62,945 nt of DNA from Folioceros fuciformis (GCA_049999805.1 JBNGIO010006337.1:332215-395159), one strand, 5' to 3'. Shown: positions 26,401 to 38,601, counted from the first letter of the stretch. The notes: generated by a model from the sequence alone, not told the origin. Numbers and translations are program-made.

Positions 26401-27765
26401 CTTCACGCAGGTTGAAGGCCTAGATTACCAAGAGACTTTCAGCCCCGTAGTCAGATCTCAATCAATCAGGATGCTACTTGCTATGGCTACGGAACATGAT
26501 ATGTATCTGCATCAAATGGATGTATGCACAGCTTATTTGTACAGCAAGCTTGAGGAGGAACTCTACATGCAACAACCTCAAGGGTATATTGATCCTAAAT
26601 ACCCCAACAAAGTTTTAGTTCTTCTGAAGTGTATTTATGACCTCAAGCAATCTGGTAGAGTATGGTACTTTACCATGCATGTTTTTTTATTGGAGATTAA
26701 CTTTGTACAAAGCTCTGCTGATTCCAATATATATATGCTTACCCAAGGCTCCACATATGTCATTTTGGCTTTATACGTTGATGACGTAATATTGGCTACA
26801 AATGATAAGACCCTATTGGAACATGTCAAGTCGCTTTTATCTAACAAATTTGAAATGAAGGATATTGGTGAATTGAAGTTTTGTCTAGGGATACAGATAG
26901 TGAGAGCTGATGGGGTGATGGCCATACATCAAAACAAATACATCAAGGAGATTTTGACCAAGTTTCATACGGATGAGGCACGACCCACTACTACCCCAGC
27001 TGCTGTGGGCGTGAAGCTTACTAGCCTTCAATGTGCTCAGACCCAGAGGAGCAGCTGGATATGCAGGATGTACCCTATAGACATGCAGTAGGGAGCCTTA
27101 TTTTTGTGGCAAACTGGACCCGACCTAACATCCAATATGTAGTTAGTACAATGTCGCAGTTCTTAGAACACCATGGTAGGGCTCATTGGGTTGCCGTCAA
27201 GCGTATCTTCAGATACTTAAAAGGCACAATGACACATGGGCTCATATACAAGCGTAGTGGCAAAGCTAAGCTCATCCTACAAGGTTTCACAGATGCCGAC
27301 TGGGCGTCTGATGTTGACTCCTGTTGCAACCTCTCCACATATTGTTTTCTTCTTGCAGGAGCTGCTATTAATTGGAGTTGCAAGAAACAACCCTCTATAT
27401 CTTTATCTTCAATAGAGGCAAAATATAAATCTCTCACTGAGGCCACCAAGGAGGCTGAATGGGAGAGAAGATTCTTGTAGGACTTGGGGCAGATACAATA
27501 GGATCCTACTCCTATCCTATGCGACAACATGTCAACCCTTGCCTTGGTCGCTAACCCTCGATTCTATGCACGCACCAAGCATATAGAGATATCCCATCAT
27601 TACATCAGGGATGCCGTGGATAGAGGGGTAACGAAGGTTAGTAATGTTGGAACAGATGACAATGTGGCCGACATTCTAACCAAAGCACTTTCTAAGCCAA
27701 AACACTATAAGCATATGGATGGCTTAGGGCTGGGTGATTACTCAGCTTATGTGAACGACACATAG
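23437..27765 (+). pseudogene. Copia gag-pol with stops and frameshifts
   Basis: CNWCGIAGHWARDC zinc knuckle; WYLDSGATTH protease; LWHARLG; TDNGTEF and QNGVAERKN integrase; YKSRLVARGFTQ, LYVDD RT; FTDADWA, RTKHIEI RNase H. In-frame stops at 23758, 24902, 25187 and 27478, plus frameshifts. Confidence 0.93.
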
Positions 27766-28042
27766 TGTAGGATTAGACCTACAGAGGGAGCGAACAACTC
27801 AGTAGATGAAGCCACAAGCAAACAACCAGTTGTGAGTTATTTATCTCCATTTTTCTTTATGAGCCTTCTTCAATTTCAAAACTACTGCTGCTACGCCGCC
27901 AGCACATGTGTTTTCTACCACAAAGTGGGGGATGCCTCATGTGTGGAGAATCATTGCCTGCTGGTGGACTATTTGCCTTGCTTCATTTCTGTGGAGATTT
28001 CTCTAGACCAGTTGTTACCTAAGCGTGAAGCTTGAGAGGGAG

Positions 28043-28217
28043 TTTTAAGATAACAAGCCCTGTCACACTTAGGGTTGTATGTATTTAATTTAGATTAAAT
28101 ATGTTTAGTTAAAGTGAAGCAACATGACTCTAGGTCATGAATATTTAAACACATTTTTTGTATTGATTATATTATTCGTTCAGTTTTAGCAACAATCATT
28201 TTTGCACAACTTTCACA
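28043..28217 (+). repeat. 3' LTR of Copia element 1
   Basis: Follows the PPT; starts TTTTAAG (TG>TT change) and ends TTTCACA. Confidence 0.95.
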
Positions 28218-30759
28218 CACAACCCTCTGCCGCCCAACCAGAGGGGTTGATGATAATGTGCTCACAAATCAAGTCCCTAGTGGGATCTGTAACAACCACA
28301 TCAGCAACACAAACTTGTTCCCCCCTAGTGAAAAAAAGGTTGGCTCTAAGTGAACCCTATTACGCAAAGTATATGGATGCTCCCTATACGGAAGAAACCC
28401 ACACTCCCTATCGATTGAGAACATGACATCCCGAACTGCATCATGAGTGGCAATACGGTGCCCCCCAATGGGACAATGTGCTAAATGGGACCCTGTATCA
28501 ACAATGGCAATCCCATAACTGCATGTAGAGAGAGAAAAGGCCAAGGGGTGGGCCAAACCTAAGCGAAATCTCATCGCGCTGGCAAAAGTTGCTAGTGCAA
28601 TTTCAAACGCCTGGCTGCAAGGTCGAGCCAAAAGCCAAGAGCCCGCTCCTTTACCTGAACAAGATCGAATACGAGCTCAAGGAGACCTAGGGATGGATGA
28701 GTCTGAAAGATGGGCTCTTAGTGCTTGACCATATTGCTTTTCTAGGAGGGAGGCTTGAAGACCCTTCAACCCTTCCCTAGAAAAGGAGGTGAAAGGAGGT
28801 AGAGCCTCACAAGCCTCCAACGATAGAGAATCCCTTGCTTGCCTAAGAGATACTTGTAAAGGGAAAACGCCCTTCTCAATGCCAGAGATAAAACTTTCAA
28901 GAACAGGGGAATCTTGCAACAAAAAACGAGAGGCCAAAATTGGAGTTGAGAAGGCCCAGCTATCGAGAAAGGGAGCTGGAGCAGAGCCCTCCATGGCCAA
29001 AAGACCAACCCCTCCAAAGGCAACTGGCAAGGAAGCCTGCTTCCAAGCCAAATCACAGACAACACACTCAAAGGTGCCAGGATCTATGATGTCCCCAAGA
29101 GCTTGCATAACTTGATTGTCAAACTTCCCGAGACTTAATAAGAAAACTCGAGAAGGCGCAACAGTTCTAGTGAAGTAACCTGGTCGCCGTGCAAAACAAG
29201 AATGAATACCAAACGCAATATGAGGATCACCAATTTGTGAGAGGTCCATGATATGAGCCAAATCTCCATCCAACACTTCATCCACAAACCTATGAACAAA
29301 ATCAGGAGGTCCCACAAGCACACCCAAGACTCGAAGTCCTTGCGAGGGGGTGATATCTCCCCCCGAATATTGAAGGGGGGAAGTGATGCCTAAAGGGGAC
29401 CAAACCCTGCATGTAGATAGCTTAACCCGTAACCCCACCTTGGAGAGCTCTGATGAGAAGAAATCAAATGTTGCTTTGACTGTGACTCCTTGCCCAAGAA
29501 TATGAGTGTCATCAGCCACAGAAGGGTAAAGGCATTCCCAAATTGCTAAGGCAATAGAGGACAACGCTTGAAAATGCGCCATTGCAAAAAGAGCACCCCC
29601 TAGTAGATCCCTTTGCATTGTGCCTACTGTTGAATAAAAAATTGAGAACCTCTCAATAGTTGGGCCGTGTTGGTAGTAGAGCTTGGATGGTGAGCCATAG
29701 AAGGAGCAAACAAAAGGGATAAGACTTGCAAATTGACCTCCTGCACTCTTGAGCTCCGAGAAGATGGCGACCCTAGAGACGGTGTTGAAAGCATTCTCAA
29801 TATCAACCTGCAAAGCTACCCAGTGAGGATGTAACTCGAGGGCCGCTTGGATGCCAAGGGCAACAGATTCATACTCACCTGGGGTAGCAATCCTAAATTG
29901 GTGGGGTGCAAGATGCGCTTGGAAGTGCTCCCGAAGTTGAATTGCAATATTTTGGGCTGATAAGAGGCAGAAATACCTCCCCCATAGCAATAGGGCGCTC
30001 TCTAGAGGTGGGCTTTTTCCAGTATAAGCAACTTACAAGCCACCAAAACTTGAGAGATTCAATTGGGAACTTTGCCCCTAGGCACAGTAGCCGCTAGTGT
30101 ATAAAGCTCCGAAAAACCACTTGAGAAATCCTCATGAGAAAAATAATCTAAAAAATGGTCATAAACTGTGCCAGACAAACCCCCTGAAAGTCGCGGTGCA
30201 GAAAAGAGTGCATGCCAAAAAACAACCCTATCCTAGCAAAAAAGCTCCCTGACCGTGTGGTCAAGACGATCTTGCGGTATAGTGTCATGAGGTTCTAGAT
30301 GAAGGGCACGAAGTGCAGCAATGGTGTCCTCAGTTCAGATGTAGCTGGCACTGGGCACAATGCTCTAGTAGTCTGAGCATATTCACCATCCTTGCCCAAC
30401 ATGAGACACCGCTTGAGACGCGCTTTAAATGGGTCATGACAAACCTTGTCAACCTTAGCTGACTTCAATCGAGATTTTTCTACTAGTAGATCCTCATCCT
30501 CCTCTTGAAGAACTTTGCTAGTCTCCGGATCGAAAATGGCGAAGTTGAGAGGCCACCTCCCTATGACCTGAAGGACCACCCCTAGAGCGCCGAAGGCACC
30601 ATCTGGGCAGGAAAAGGAACAAAATCCAAGCATCCTCATCCCTTGGGTCCCGAGCAAGGCGATCCGAGGGAAGACGATAAGTAAGGCAAATATCATCATG
30701 TAGGCACCTAGGGAGATGTCGAAAGAGGCGAGGACATGGAAAAGAGCTAACGCATTATT

Positions 30760-32325
30760 ATGTTGTGTGGACTACACAAATACCTTCTTCTCTCCTGTTG
30801 CAAAGATAGCCTCTAACCGAGCATTCCTTGCTATCGCTGCTGCTTTGGATATGGGGATACATCATATGAATGTCCAAATTGCTTTTCTAAATGGAGATCT
30901 GAACGAAGAAATCTACATGGAGGAACCCGAAGGCTACGTGGTACTTGGATGTGAGGTCGAGGTATGTAAGCTTCAAAAGACCATTTACGGTCTTAAGCAA
31001 TCTACCTTTACTTGATACTGTAAACTTGATGATCATTCCCAGTCTAGAGGTTTCAAGAAGACCAATGCTAATTGGAATATTTATGTGAAGCAAGTGGGAG
31101 CTTCTGTTGTCATCATTGCCATATATGTGGATGATTTATTCATCGTTAGCAATGATCAAGAGCTTTTAACCTTAACAAAGTGAGGCCTTAGTGAAAGCTT
31201 TGCTACACGAGACCTTGGGGAGCTGAATTATTTCCTAGGAATAAAGGTTGATAAAGATAGGACCAACAAGGCAATCTCTCTAAGTCAGCAAACATATGTG
31301 CGGACTATACTAGAGCGTTGGGATGCAGGATTGCAAACCAACGCAGACGCCAATGATCCGCAATGAGAAGTTATCATGGGAGGTGGATTCTATTATGAAG
31401 GAACAAGTAGATAGGAATCTCTACCAGTGTGCTGTTGGCTGCCTTACTTACTTGGTGACAAGCACCATGCCAGACATCGTAGAGGCAGTGGGAGTCGTGA
31501 GCCAATTCCTGGTCAACTCCCAACCTCAGCATTATCAAGCTGTCAAGAGAATACTCAGATACTTGTAGAGCACAAAACATTGGACATTGACCTAGCAGAA
31601 GAAGGAGGACGAAGAAGCCCGTATTGTGGGATTTTGTGACGCAGATTGGGCTAGAAATGTCGACACTCACAGGTCTACGACAAGGTATGCCTTCATGCTA
31701 TTTGGGGGAGCCATTTCATGGAGCAGTTGGCGCCAGCCTACACTGACACTATCCTGTACAGAGGTTGAGTATATGGTAGCCTTAGCCGCAATCGTGAAAG
31801 CTACATGGCTTAGGCGATTGCTCGAAGAAATAGGGTTCAAGCAATAAGGTGGAACGCCCATCTTCAATAACAATCATGGCTGTATTTATTTCGCTAAGAG
31901 CGCTATTTTTCACGCAAGGACTAAGCACATCGAAGTTAGGCATCACTTCATCAGGGAAAAAGTCTAGTCCAAGGAAATAGCTTTAGTTTATTGTCCTACT
32001 GAGGACATGCCTGCTGATGTTCTTACTAAAGGCTTAGCTTTAGAGAAGCATACGAAGTTTAGCAAGATGCTAGGTTAACCAAGTAAGTCTTGAATAGACC
32101 ATAGATATGTTGAGTGGGAGTGTTAGAAGCCTATGGGGTTTGTGCAACATATCTACATTAGAGTCTAGAGATTATACCCCAAGATATGTAGAATAGAACC
32201 ACGATCAAGGTAATGTTTACCCTTTATCGAGTTATAGTCATGATTGAAGGCTAAAGATGTACGTATGGACTATCAATCTATCTAGAGGTATTGAGGCTTA
32301 TCTTGGGATTCACCCTTTTCTAACA
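30760..32325 (+). mobile_element. 5'-truncated degenerate Copia (RT-RNaseH, PPT, 3' LTR 32121..32325)
   Basis: FSPVAK..AFLNGDLNEEIYMEEPEG, IYVDD, GFCDADWA, RTKHIEVRHHFIRE; PPT GAGTGGGAG at 32112-32120; LTR bounded by TGTTAGAA...TTCTAACA. Confidence 0.88.
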
Positions 32326-32502
32326 GCGTCATACCGGGTATGGCCTTCATCGGAACTCTATTCAACACATAGGTTGTTGTCAGGATAGCCTCTCCCCAAA
32401 AATTGACTAGCAAGCCATTGAGAAACAACATGCACTTGGCTGCTTCCACAAGGCTCCATATCTTCCGCTTTGCAACTCCATTTTGCTATGGAGTGTGCGG
32501 AA
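32326..32502 (-). mobile_element. Copia integrase fragment
   Basis: Reverse strand reads PHTP*QNGVAKRKIWSLVEAAKCML..FWGEAILTTTYVLNRVP. Confidence 0.8.
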
Positions 32503-32979
32503 TCTGAGATGCTCCTTGCTCACCTAACTTTTGTGTGGGTTTGTCTCTTTGAATGCTAGGTTTTGATTCCTAGTTAGTGTGTGTCTAGAACCACTATTCT
32601 ATATTGTATGGGATTTTTCTTCGTATAAACCTAAACCCAATGGTTTTTTAACGTCCACCTTAGTATGTAACACATACACCATCCTAAGTTGGTAGCACAT
32701 TTAAACCATCCACAAACCGCTCAATCATACACAATTGGCTCTTAGTTGGTAGTGCAAGTATGATATCCACAATTGGCTTACTTATATATGAGCTCATTTT
32801 GGCCTCTAGATTAAGGTGTTGTATGATAAGACTGAAAAGCCTAACGTCACATAAGAGTATTTGAGCATTTTTTTTATGAAAAGAAAAATAAAACAAGAAA
32901 ATGAGCCATGGCCATCCCAAGGCTGGATTGAGGAGGCTAGTGATCATAGCTCTACAGGTTAAGGGATCATTGCCGACGG

Positions 32980-33153
32980 TGCAGTAGTATCGTGATGAGG
33001 CGTAGCTCGGAATGGGAGGAAATTATCACGAGAGTTGGGAGATGGGGCGTCTTCAAGAATGATTACAAGACACTTGATCTCCATTTCATGGAAAGTGTCC
33101 GGTGGGTTTTCAAGCAGCTCCACGAAACGGGACCTATATATCGGGCGCTTAAG
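32980..33153 (+). pseudogene. Isolated fragment of a cytosolic (type 2) isoleucyl-tRNA synthetase gene
   Basis: CSSIVMRRSSEWEEIITRVGRWGVFKNDYKTLDLHFMESVRWVFKQLHETGPIYRALK matches the IleRS consensus CRSIVMRYxxEW...GRWIDFxNDYKTMD..FMESVWWVFKQL..KGLVYRGFK, with substitutions at conserved residues. No other IleRS segments are seen in the window. Confidence 0.85.
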
Positions 33154-34850
33154 GCGAAGATGATTCTGTCTATTTTGGATTTTGGAGTGGCTCATCCGTG
33201 GGTGCAATGACGGACTTTAGTGTAGAAACAGGTAGGAAAAAGTGACAAGGGGGACTAGACACCCTCACTCTAGGTGCGACAAAGAGACCAACTATCACGA
33301 CCTCCTCACGGTCCGACGTAGAGGAGAGAGCATTGTACTGTACGTCCTCCACGACAAGAACCCCATCGACATGTGAAAGACCCAGCCCACTTTTAGTGGA
33401 ATAGGATGATGGCTAGAAGAAATGATTGAGGAATTACAAAGTGTCAGCACAAGTGTGCTTATATAGGTCTGAGTATGAAGGGTGCGTCCTTCACTTATCT
33501 TCTCCCTATTACCTAGGATGATCATATTCTAATACCTTTTACTATTATATCATCATCTGTCATGGGGCCGACGCTTACTCACGACTCTCACTCTTCACGC
33601 ACAAGGATGCTTAACGAACTTACCATGTATCCGTAGTGATTAGGATAATTTTCACTATCTAAGATTGTTGAAGTGTATGATGCAATCAGTGTCACTGTTT
33701 TACAACGGCAGCCCAGGCTGGATGACGTGTTTTGAGGGAGCCAAATTGAAAGTAAGGACGGAATTGCTTTCGCATAGCACCACTTCTCATGGCAGTGCTC
33801 ATTCCGGGCTCATTCGTGGCCTCTGGCAGGAACCTTGCGGGAATTGACGCCCGTCCCTTTGAACGACACACCACTCCTGCTTCCATTGAGACTCAAACGT
33901 ATGCATTGGTCGCTGGGGAGTTCCCCCACACCTGTCGCTGTAATGAGAGCAGGTACTGTGCTGAGTGAGCAATACACCGTGGGCATTTTTGGAAGGAGGT
34001 TAGCAGCTACAAGTTGAAAGGCGTACATCCGGCGTCTAGTCTGGAGGGGCGCATCACAACTGAATGCTGAAACGATAATGCAAAATTAAGCGAGCCCTGT
34101 AGAGCAGCTGTGGGGATTTCGAAGCGACTGAGCCCCAAAATTGCAAGGAGGCAGCTGCAGCCCTCACGCAATCTAGCCAGCTGTGAGTGTGATCTCGGAA
34201 TGAAGGCAGGTGATGACACCCTTGTTGTGGATTGTAGATCCCTGGGACGGGATGACATTGTGTGATCGGAGGGATTGTTGCACACTGAAAATATTGCAGA
34301 AACGCAAAAGTATGCATCTGGATTGGAAATAAGTTATCTGGACGCGCGGCTTTGGTGGTATACACTGAAAGATTTTCGCCGCTCCGTTTGGATACGGTGC
34401 TACATGTTCAGAACATGAGGACCATTGTGCCCTGGTAGCAAGCGAAGTGCACAATGTGTGGACTCGGCAAAGAATGATCCTACTCTAACACTGACCGTGA
34501 CAATGTGTCACCTACAAAAGAATGCATGCATGCATGGGTGCAACTGGTACTGAACTCAGCAATCTTGGGCGGTAGCGCTACCACTCGCCGCAGGTTGTGC
34601 ACACACGAGCTCGCAATCGCTGCAATGCCAAAGATTGCTGCGCTATACACGCACGTGAGGCAGGTAGGAGAGACGATTAAAAGCTGGACGTCTGTTGCAG
34701 CAACGATATTGCATACATGGACGCACTGCAGCAGACGAGTGGGAGACCCTGATCTGGAGCTGGCCACACCATTGTTCCCCATTGCTGCGTCAAGCTAGGC
34801 TGGCGGTCCTCACCTGCCTTTAGCGGCACACGGATCATGGATGCAAATGA

Positions 34851-35297
34851 TCAGCAAGTCTTGGGAACGGTAGTGCTGCAACTGCCCGGGTTGCTGGGAG
34901 GAGGTGGCGACGGAGTGGCAGGCTTCTTGGAGTATCTGGCAGGCTGCTTGGCTGCTCCCCCGTTGCGTCCGTCGACGTCCACCATCAGCTGCGCCACGTT
35001 GGTCCAGGGCATGGAAGGAGGCGCCTCTGGTCGTTTCCACGTCCTTGCGGAAATCAGCTTACGCAAGTCCAGGACGACCGAGTCGGGGCCTCCGCTCGGC
35101 GTCCGTGGTTGAGCGGCATGACGTGGGTCCCCGACCGCGCCTACGACCGAGGGCTGGGGCTCCGGATCCTTCGCTGTAGCAGCTGGCATTTGCGTGCTGC
35201 GCCTTGCGGCCATCCCCTGGTCGCAGAAGCCCGCCAGGAGCAGGCAGAGCAGAAGCACCGGGACCCCATTATATCCTCCACTGCACGTACCCGCCAT
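34851..35297 (-). CDS. Secreted Pro-rich small-peptide precursor, copy A (148 aa)
   Basis: ATG-initiated; hydrophobic signal peptide VPVLLLCLLLAGFCDQGMA|ARR; dibasic sites; C-terminal PSPPPPSNPGSCSTTVPKTC. The ORF has the same length in both duplicates. Candidate TATA at ~35645 and a CAG|GTGAG 3'-UTR donor at ~34813. Confidence 0.75.
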   Translation of the reverse strand: MAGTCSGGYNGVPVLLLCLLLAGFCDQGMAARRSTQMPAATAKDPEPQPSVVGAVGDPRHAAQPRTPSGGPDSVVLDLRKLISARTWKRPEAPPSMPWTNVAQLMVDVDGRNGGAAKQPARYSKKPATPSPPPPSNPGSCSTTVPKTC

Positions 35298-36427
35298 GGT
35301 TTCAGATTCGTTAACCCCGAAATTCCGCCGACTCCGAAACTGGGATGTTGTTCTTCAATGAGGTCGGCGGCAGAACTGAAAACCAGGAATGTTACAGTGC
35401 CCGATCCAAGTCCAATGCAGGCGTAGGCTCTGCAGCGCGCTGGTAGCTACGGTGAGAAATAGGTGGAAGGTTACAGGCGCGTGCAGGTCACATCGAATTC
35501 GAATGCGGATTCCGGATAGCACTACACTTGGACTCTTGCTTCGTTGCTGGCTTCGTTGCTGGCTGGCTGCTTGGGCGTTGCTTTCCAGTGGTGAGCCGTG
35601 TGCAGGCGCTTGAGAATGGGGCAACGCTTCTGGCATGCTGCGTTATAAACGCCAGCAGAATCTCAGCGCCATGCGCGCCTAACGCTAGACTCAGGCGCAC
35701 CCGCACTACTCCCGGGTAAGACGGTGTGCGGTCCGGTCCGGTCAGGAGGCTACCCCGTTGCCTGGCCTCCAATCCGGGGTCCAGTCTGGTAGATGAACTA
35801 CCGGAGCCCAGTGTTTGATTACTCCTTATGTTAGGCCATGGCATGCCATGGGGGCCCCGCGACTTCCGTGCCACTCACATACATTATCATAATATGGGCA
35901 TGCATCGTCGCACATTGTGACGTGGGCTCATGTCAAAGAGTGCGGAAGACTTGGCATCGCAGCTCTGTGCAATTCCCGTTGGCCAGGACTGGAGACTGGA
36001 GACTGGAGACTGGAGACAGGATACGCGACGTCAGGCTCCACCTGCAGCCGACCTATCAAAGAGCGCGGATTACTTGACGTCGCAGCGCATTGCAATTTCC
36101 GTTGGCCAGGACTGGAGCCTGGAGACAGGATACGCGACTCCAGGCTCCACCTGGAGCCGAGCTGTACTTCCCACCCTGATTCCCCATTGCGACACCCGGA
36201 CCCAGCGGCCTCCGGGCGTATGCCGGCGACCATTTGCGCGGTGAGCCAATCGGGCTTACGCCGCTTACAGGGTACCCTTGAAGCCCTCTCATTCGCCACG
36301 CTGTGGATTTGAAGATCATTTCTTGATTCAAATATAGTATCTTACATTCCCTCTATGCACAGCATGAATATGTCTTTTACATTATAATATTAGACAACAT
36401 AAGAGTATTGATACTTTTGTGATACAT

Positions 36428-36570
36428 ATTGAGAAAGAACGGAAAATTCCATCTACCTAGGATGAGGGGGAACAATCTCTGAAAGAGGGCAAAAGGTCAA
36501 AAAGGACACTAAGTCTACCTACAACACGTGACGAAGAAGCTGCTTAACCTCCACTTGCTGTTCTTTTAAA
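36428..36570 (-). mobile_element. Short remnant of the 3' end of a CRE-like element related to 21045-21250
   Basis: ATTGAGAAAG..TTCCATCTAC..GGGCAAAAGGTCAAAAAGG..GAAGAAGCTGCTTAACCTCCACTTG aligns with 21041-21240. Confidence 0.6.
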
Positions 36571-36659
36571 AAAAATTTAAAGATCATATTTGTCAACAAC
36601 TTTTACAAACCAAAAGAAGGCCATCAAGAAGGCCATCACCGAGGAAGAATCTTAGTCCT

Positions 36660-37040
36660 ATGATATACCTTGGCACACTCCTTCTTATAATTATAATATA
36701 CCTTGGCACACTTCTTCCTATACCTATGGTATATCTTTGCACACTTCCTAAAATTATGATATATCTTTGCACACATGTGAATAAGCGGGTATGGTACCCC
36801 TACCAAGTACCCACTCACATGTATCATGGCCACATCAATTGCACACCTGTGGACAAGCGGTATGGTACCCCTACCATACCATAGGTACATGCTCACATGT
36901 ATCATGGCCACATCAATTGCACACTTGTGGACAAGCAGNNNNNNNNNNTATCATGGCCACATCAATTGCACACTTGTGGACAAGCAGGTATGGTACCCCT
37001 ACCAGGTACCCGCTCACATGTATCATGGCCACATCAATTT
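36660..37040. repeat. Tandem repeats (~30-bp units, then ~70-bp GTATCATGGCCACATCAATTGCACAC.TGTGGACAAGC.. units)
   Basis: Visible repeated units, with a small N gap. Confidence 0.85.
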
Positions 37041-37089
37041 CACGGTCACTATAGGCTTCCTTAGAATTGCTCCCCTCCGAGCCTGGTCA

Positions 37090-37362
37090 CATAACTTTTG
37101 TAACAAGTATGAGAAAATTCAATAATTGTGTTTTGTAATAACTTTTGTAACAATGAGAAAATTCAATAATTGTGTTTTGCAATAACTTTTGTAAAAGTAT
37201 GAAANNNNNNNNNNNNNNNNNNNNNNNNNNNNNNNNNNNNNNNNNNNNNNNNNNNNNNNNNNNNNNNNNNNNNNNNNNNNNNNNNNNNNNNNNNNNNNNN
37301 NNNNTTGTGTTTTGCAATAACTTTTGTAACAAGTATGGAAAAATTCAATAATTGTGTTTTGC
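37090..37362. repeat. AT-rich ~45-bp tandem repeat spanning a gap
   Basis: ATAACTTTTGTAACAAGTATGAGAAAATTCAATAATTGTGTTTTG repeated. Confidence 0.9.
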
Positions 37363-38213
37363 ACGTGCTTGGGAATATTTGAATAAGTCCCAACACCTTC
37401 AAATGTGCCATTAGTGATTTGGCCTAGAAGTAGGCTTTCTTCACAATTGCCTCTGGGGGCACTTGCTTGCTATTCATGGAGGCCTTACCCCCAACAATCT
37501 TCCTCGGTAGCTAAGACCTCTTTGCTCCAAATCTAGCCTCTCGATTTTTAGAGAGGCTAGATTAAAATTCTCTAAAATTCTCCTCTTTTAGAGGCTTTTA
37601 TGGAGGTGTAAACTAGGGGAGTATTCGGGGTAATATTTAGTTTACAAGTGTCTTCGAGGCAAGTAAGCGATTGCTTATTTTCTGGAGGCTCAGAAGACCA
37701 TACCTCCTTTTTTATCCTTTAGAAACGAGATCTAAGGTCTTTCGGCTTCTCTTTTAGAGAAGCAATATTCACAAGCACAAAGGGCTAGGCTTCTTCCAGA
37801 GTCATCCGTCAATATCCCCAAGTCCTCTTCCACTTGTATCCACTCTTGTTCGCCAAAGGAAGCTAGCTCATGGCTCTTAGTGTGCTAAGGCCTTGCATTT
37901 AGTTGTTTCGAATTGCACAAGTGACTTATATAAGTCACTTGCATGATTACAGTCATATATTTGTGACTACAATGAGACTATGCCTAAGTATGGGGTGTAG
38001 TGAAATTTTGTGTCTAGGGACATAAGGAGGTCCACATTCACCCTCTGTGTTGTTATAGTCCTAGGAGTCGATCTAAAGGGAATGGTTTGTGTCAAGTTGC
38101 TCTAATTCTATGACTTCTAGACTCTCTACAATCAGTTCCTATCCGAACGTACTCAACCGCCGTGCCCAAGTCCACTATCGTCATTCCTAGCTCTGCCATT
38201 GTAGTGAGTTCCC

Positions 38214-38601
38214 CCTTGGGACACATAGTCCCTCTCACATGGCACACAAACCTCTCCTTGGGACACACATCTCCCTCATAGGCCACACAGACCTCTCCTT
38301 GGGACACACATTCCCCACATAGGCCACACAAACCTCTCCTTCGGACACACTGTCCCCTCATAGGCCACACAAACCTCTCCTTCGGACACACAGTCCCCCT
38401 CACATGCCAAACACACCTCTCCTTGGGACACACAATCCCCTCATAAGCCACACAGACCTCTCCTTGGGACACACAATCCCCTCATAGGCTACACAGACCT
38501 CTCCTTGGGACACACAGTCCCCTCATAGGCCACACACACCTCTCCTTGGGACACACAGCCCCCTCATAGGCCACACACACCTCTCCTTGGGACACACAGT
38601 C
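38214..38601. repeat. ~41-bp minisatellite, ~9-10 copies
   Basis: ACCTCTCCTTGGGACACACAGTCCCCTCATAGGCCACACA-type units. Confidence 0.92.

Larger units (their letters stand above)
21483..28217 (+). mobile_element. Full-length Ty1/Copia LTR retrotransposon (disabled)
   Basis: 175-bp LTRs 21483..21657 and 28043..28217 (6 differences by eye); TSD TACAA/CACAA; PBS-like TGGTATCGGAGAGCC at 21658; PPT GAGAGGGAG before the 3' LTR; gag-PR-INT-RT-RNaseH order. Confidence 0.95.
21045..30715 (-). mobile_element. Degenerate non-LTR retrotransposon with C-terminal restriction-like endonuclease (CRE-like), interrupted by the Copia at 21483-28217
   Basis: RT motifs QVDIENAFN, GTMQRDLLG and VADDT (28677-29990); zinc-knuckle-like CSYG..HLAHC..RIATHD; PD-(D/E)xK-like RANL..ADVVVTDP..AKVHKY; FIPLALETHG..ALQRALANAV (21122-21448). 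The frame rejoins across the Copia when one TSD copy is removed. Multiple frameshifts; outer ends approximate. Confidence 0.85.
33923..36665 (-). repeat. Segmental duplicate copy A (~2.7 kb) containing a peptide-precursor gene
   Basis: Colinear similarity with 48017..50750, from GAGAGCAGGTACTG.. to ..TGTCAACA.CTTTTA.AAACC; ends approximate. Confidence 0.92.

Noticed and set aside
33221-33535. Possible solo LTR
   Set aside because: It has a TG start and LTR-like composition, but no convincing CA end or TSD and no second copy in the window.
34480-34798. ORFs on both strands downstream of the peptide gene, shared by both copies
   Set aside because: Non-ATG starts and different ends in the two copies; more likely 3' UTR and UTR intron.
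35070-35110. Calling the precursor a CLE peptide (RTPSGGPDSVVL)
   Set aside because: It lacks the CLE spacing and the terminal P-x-H-(N/H), and it is internal; only a loose resemblance.
35355-35636. Conserved upstream ORF in both duplicates (also 49428..49763)
   Set aside because: Its ATG lies only ~8 nt from the candidate TATA box (upstream of the likely TSS), the stop positions differ between copies, and similarity is explained by the duplication itself.
38092-38472. Cys-rich repeat protein ORF (also 50840..51175 and 36636..37125)
   Set aside because: These are translations of minisatellites, with no evidence of genes.
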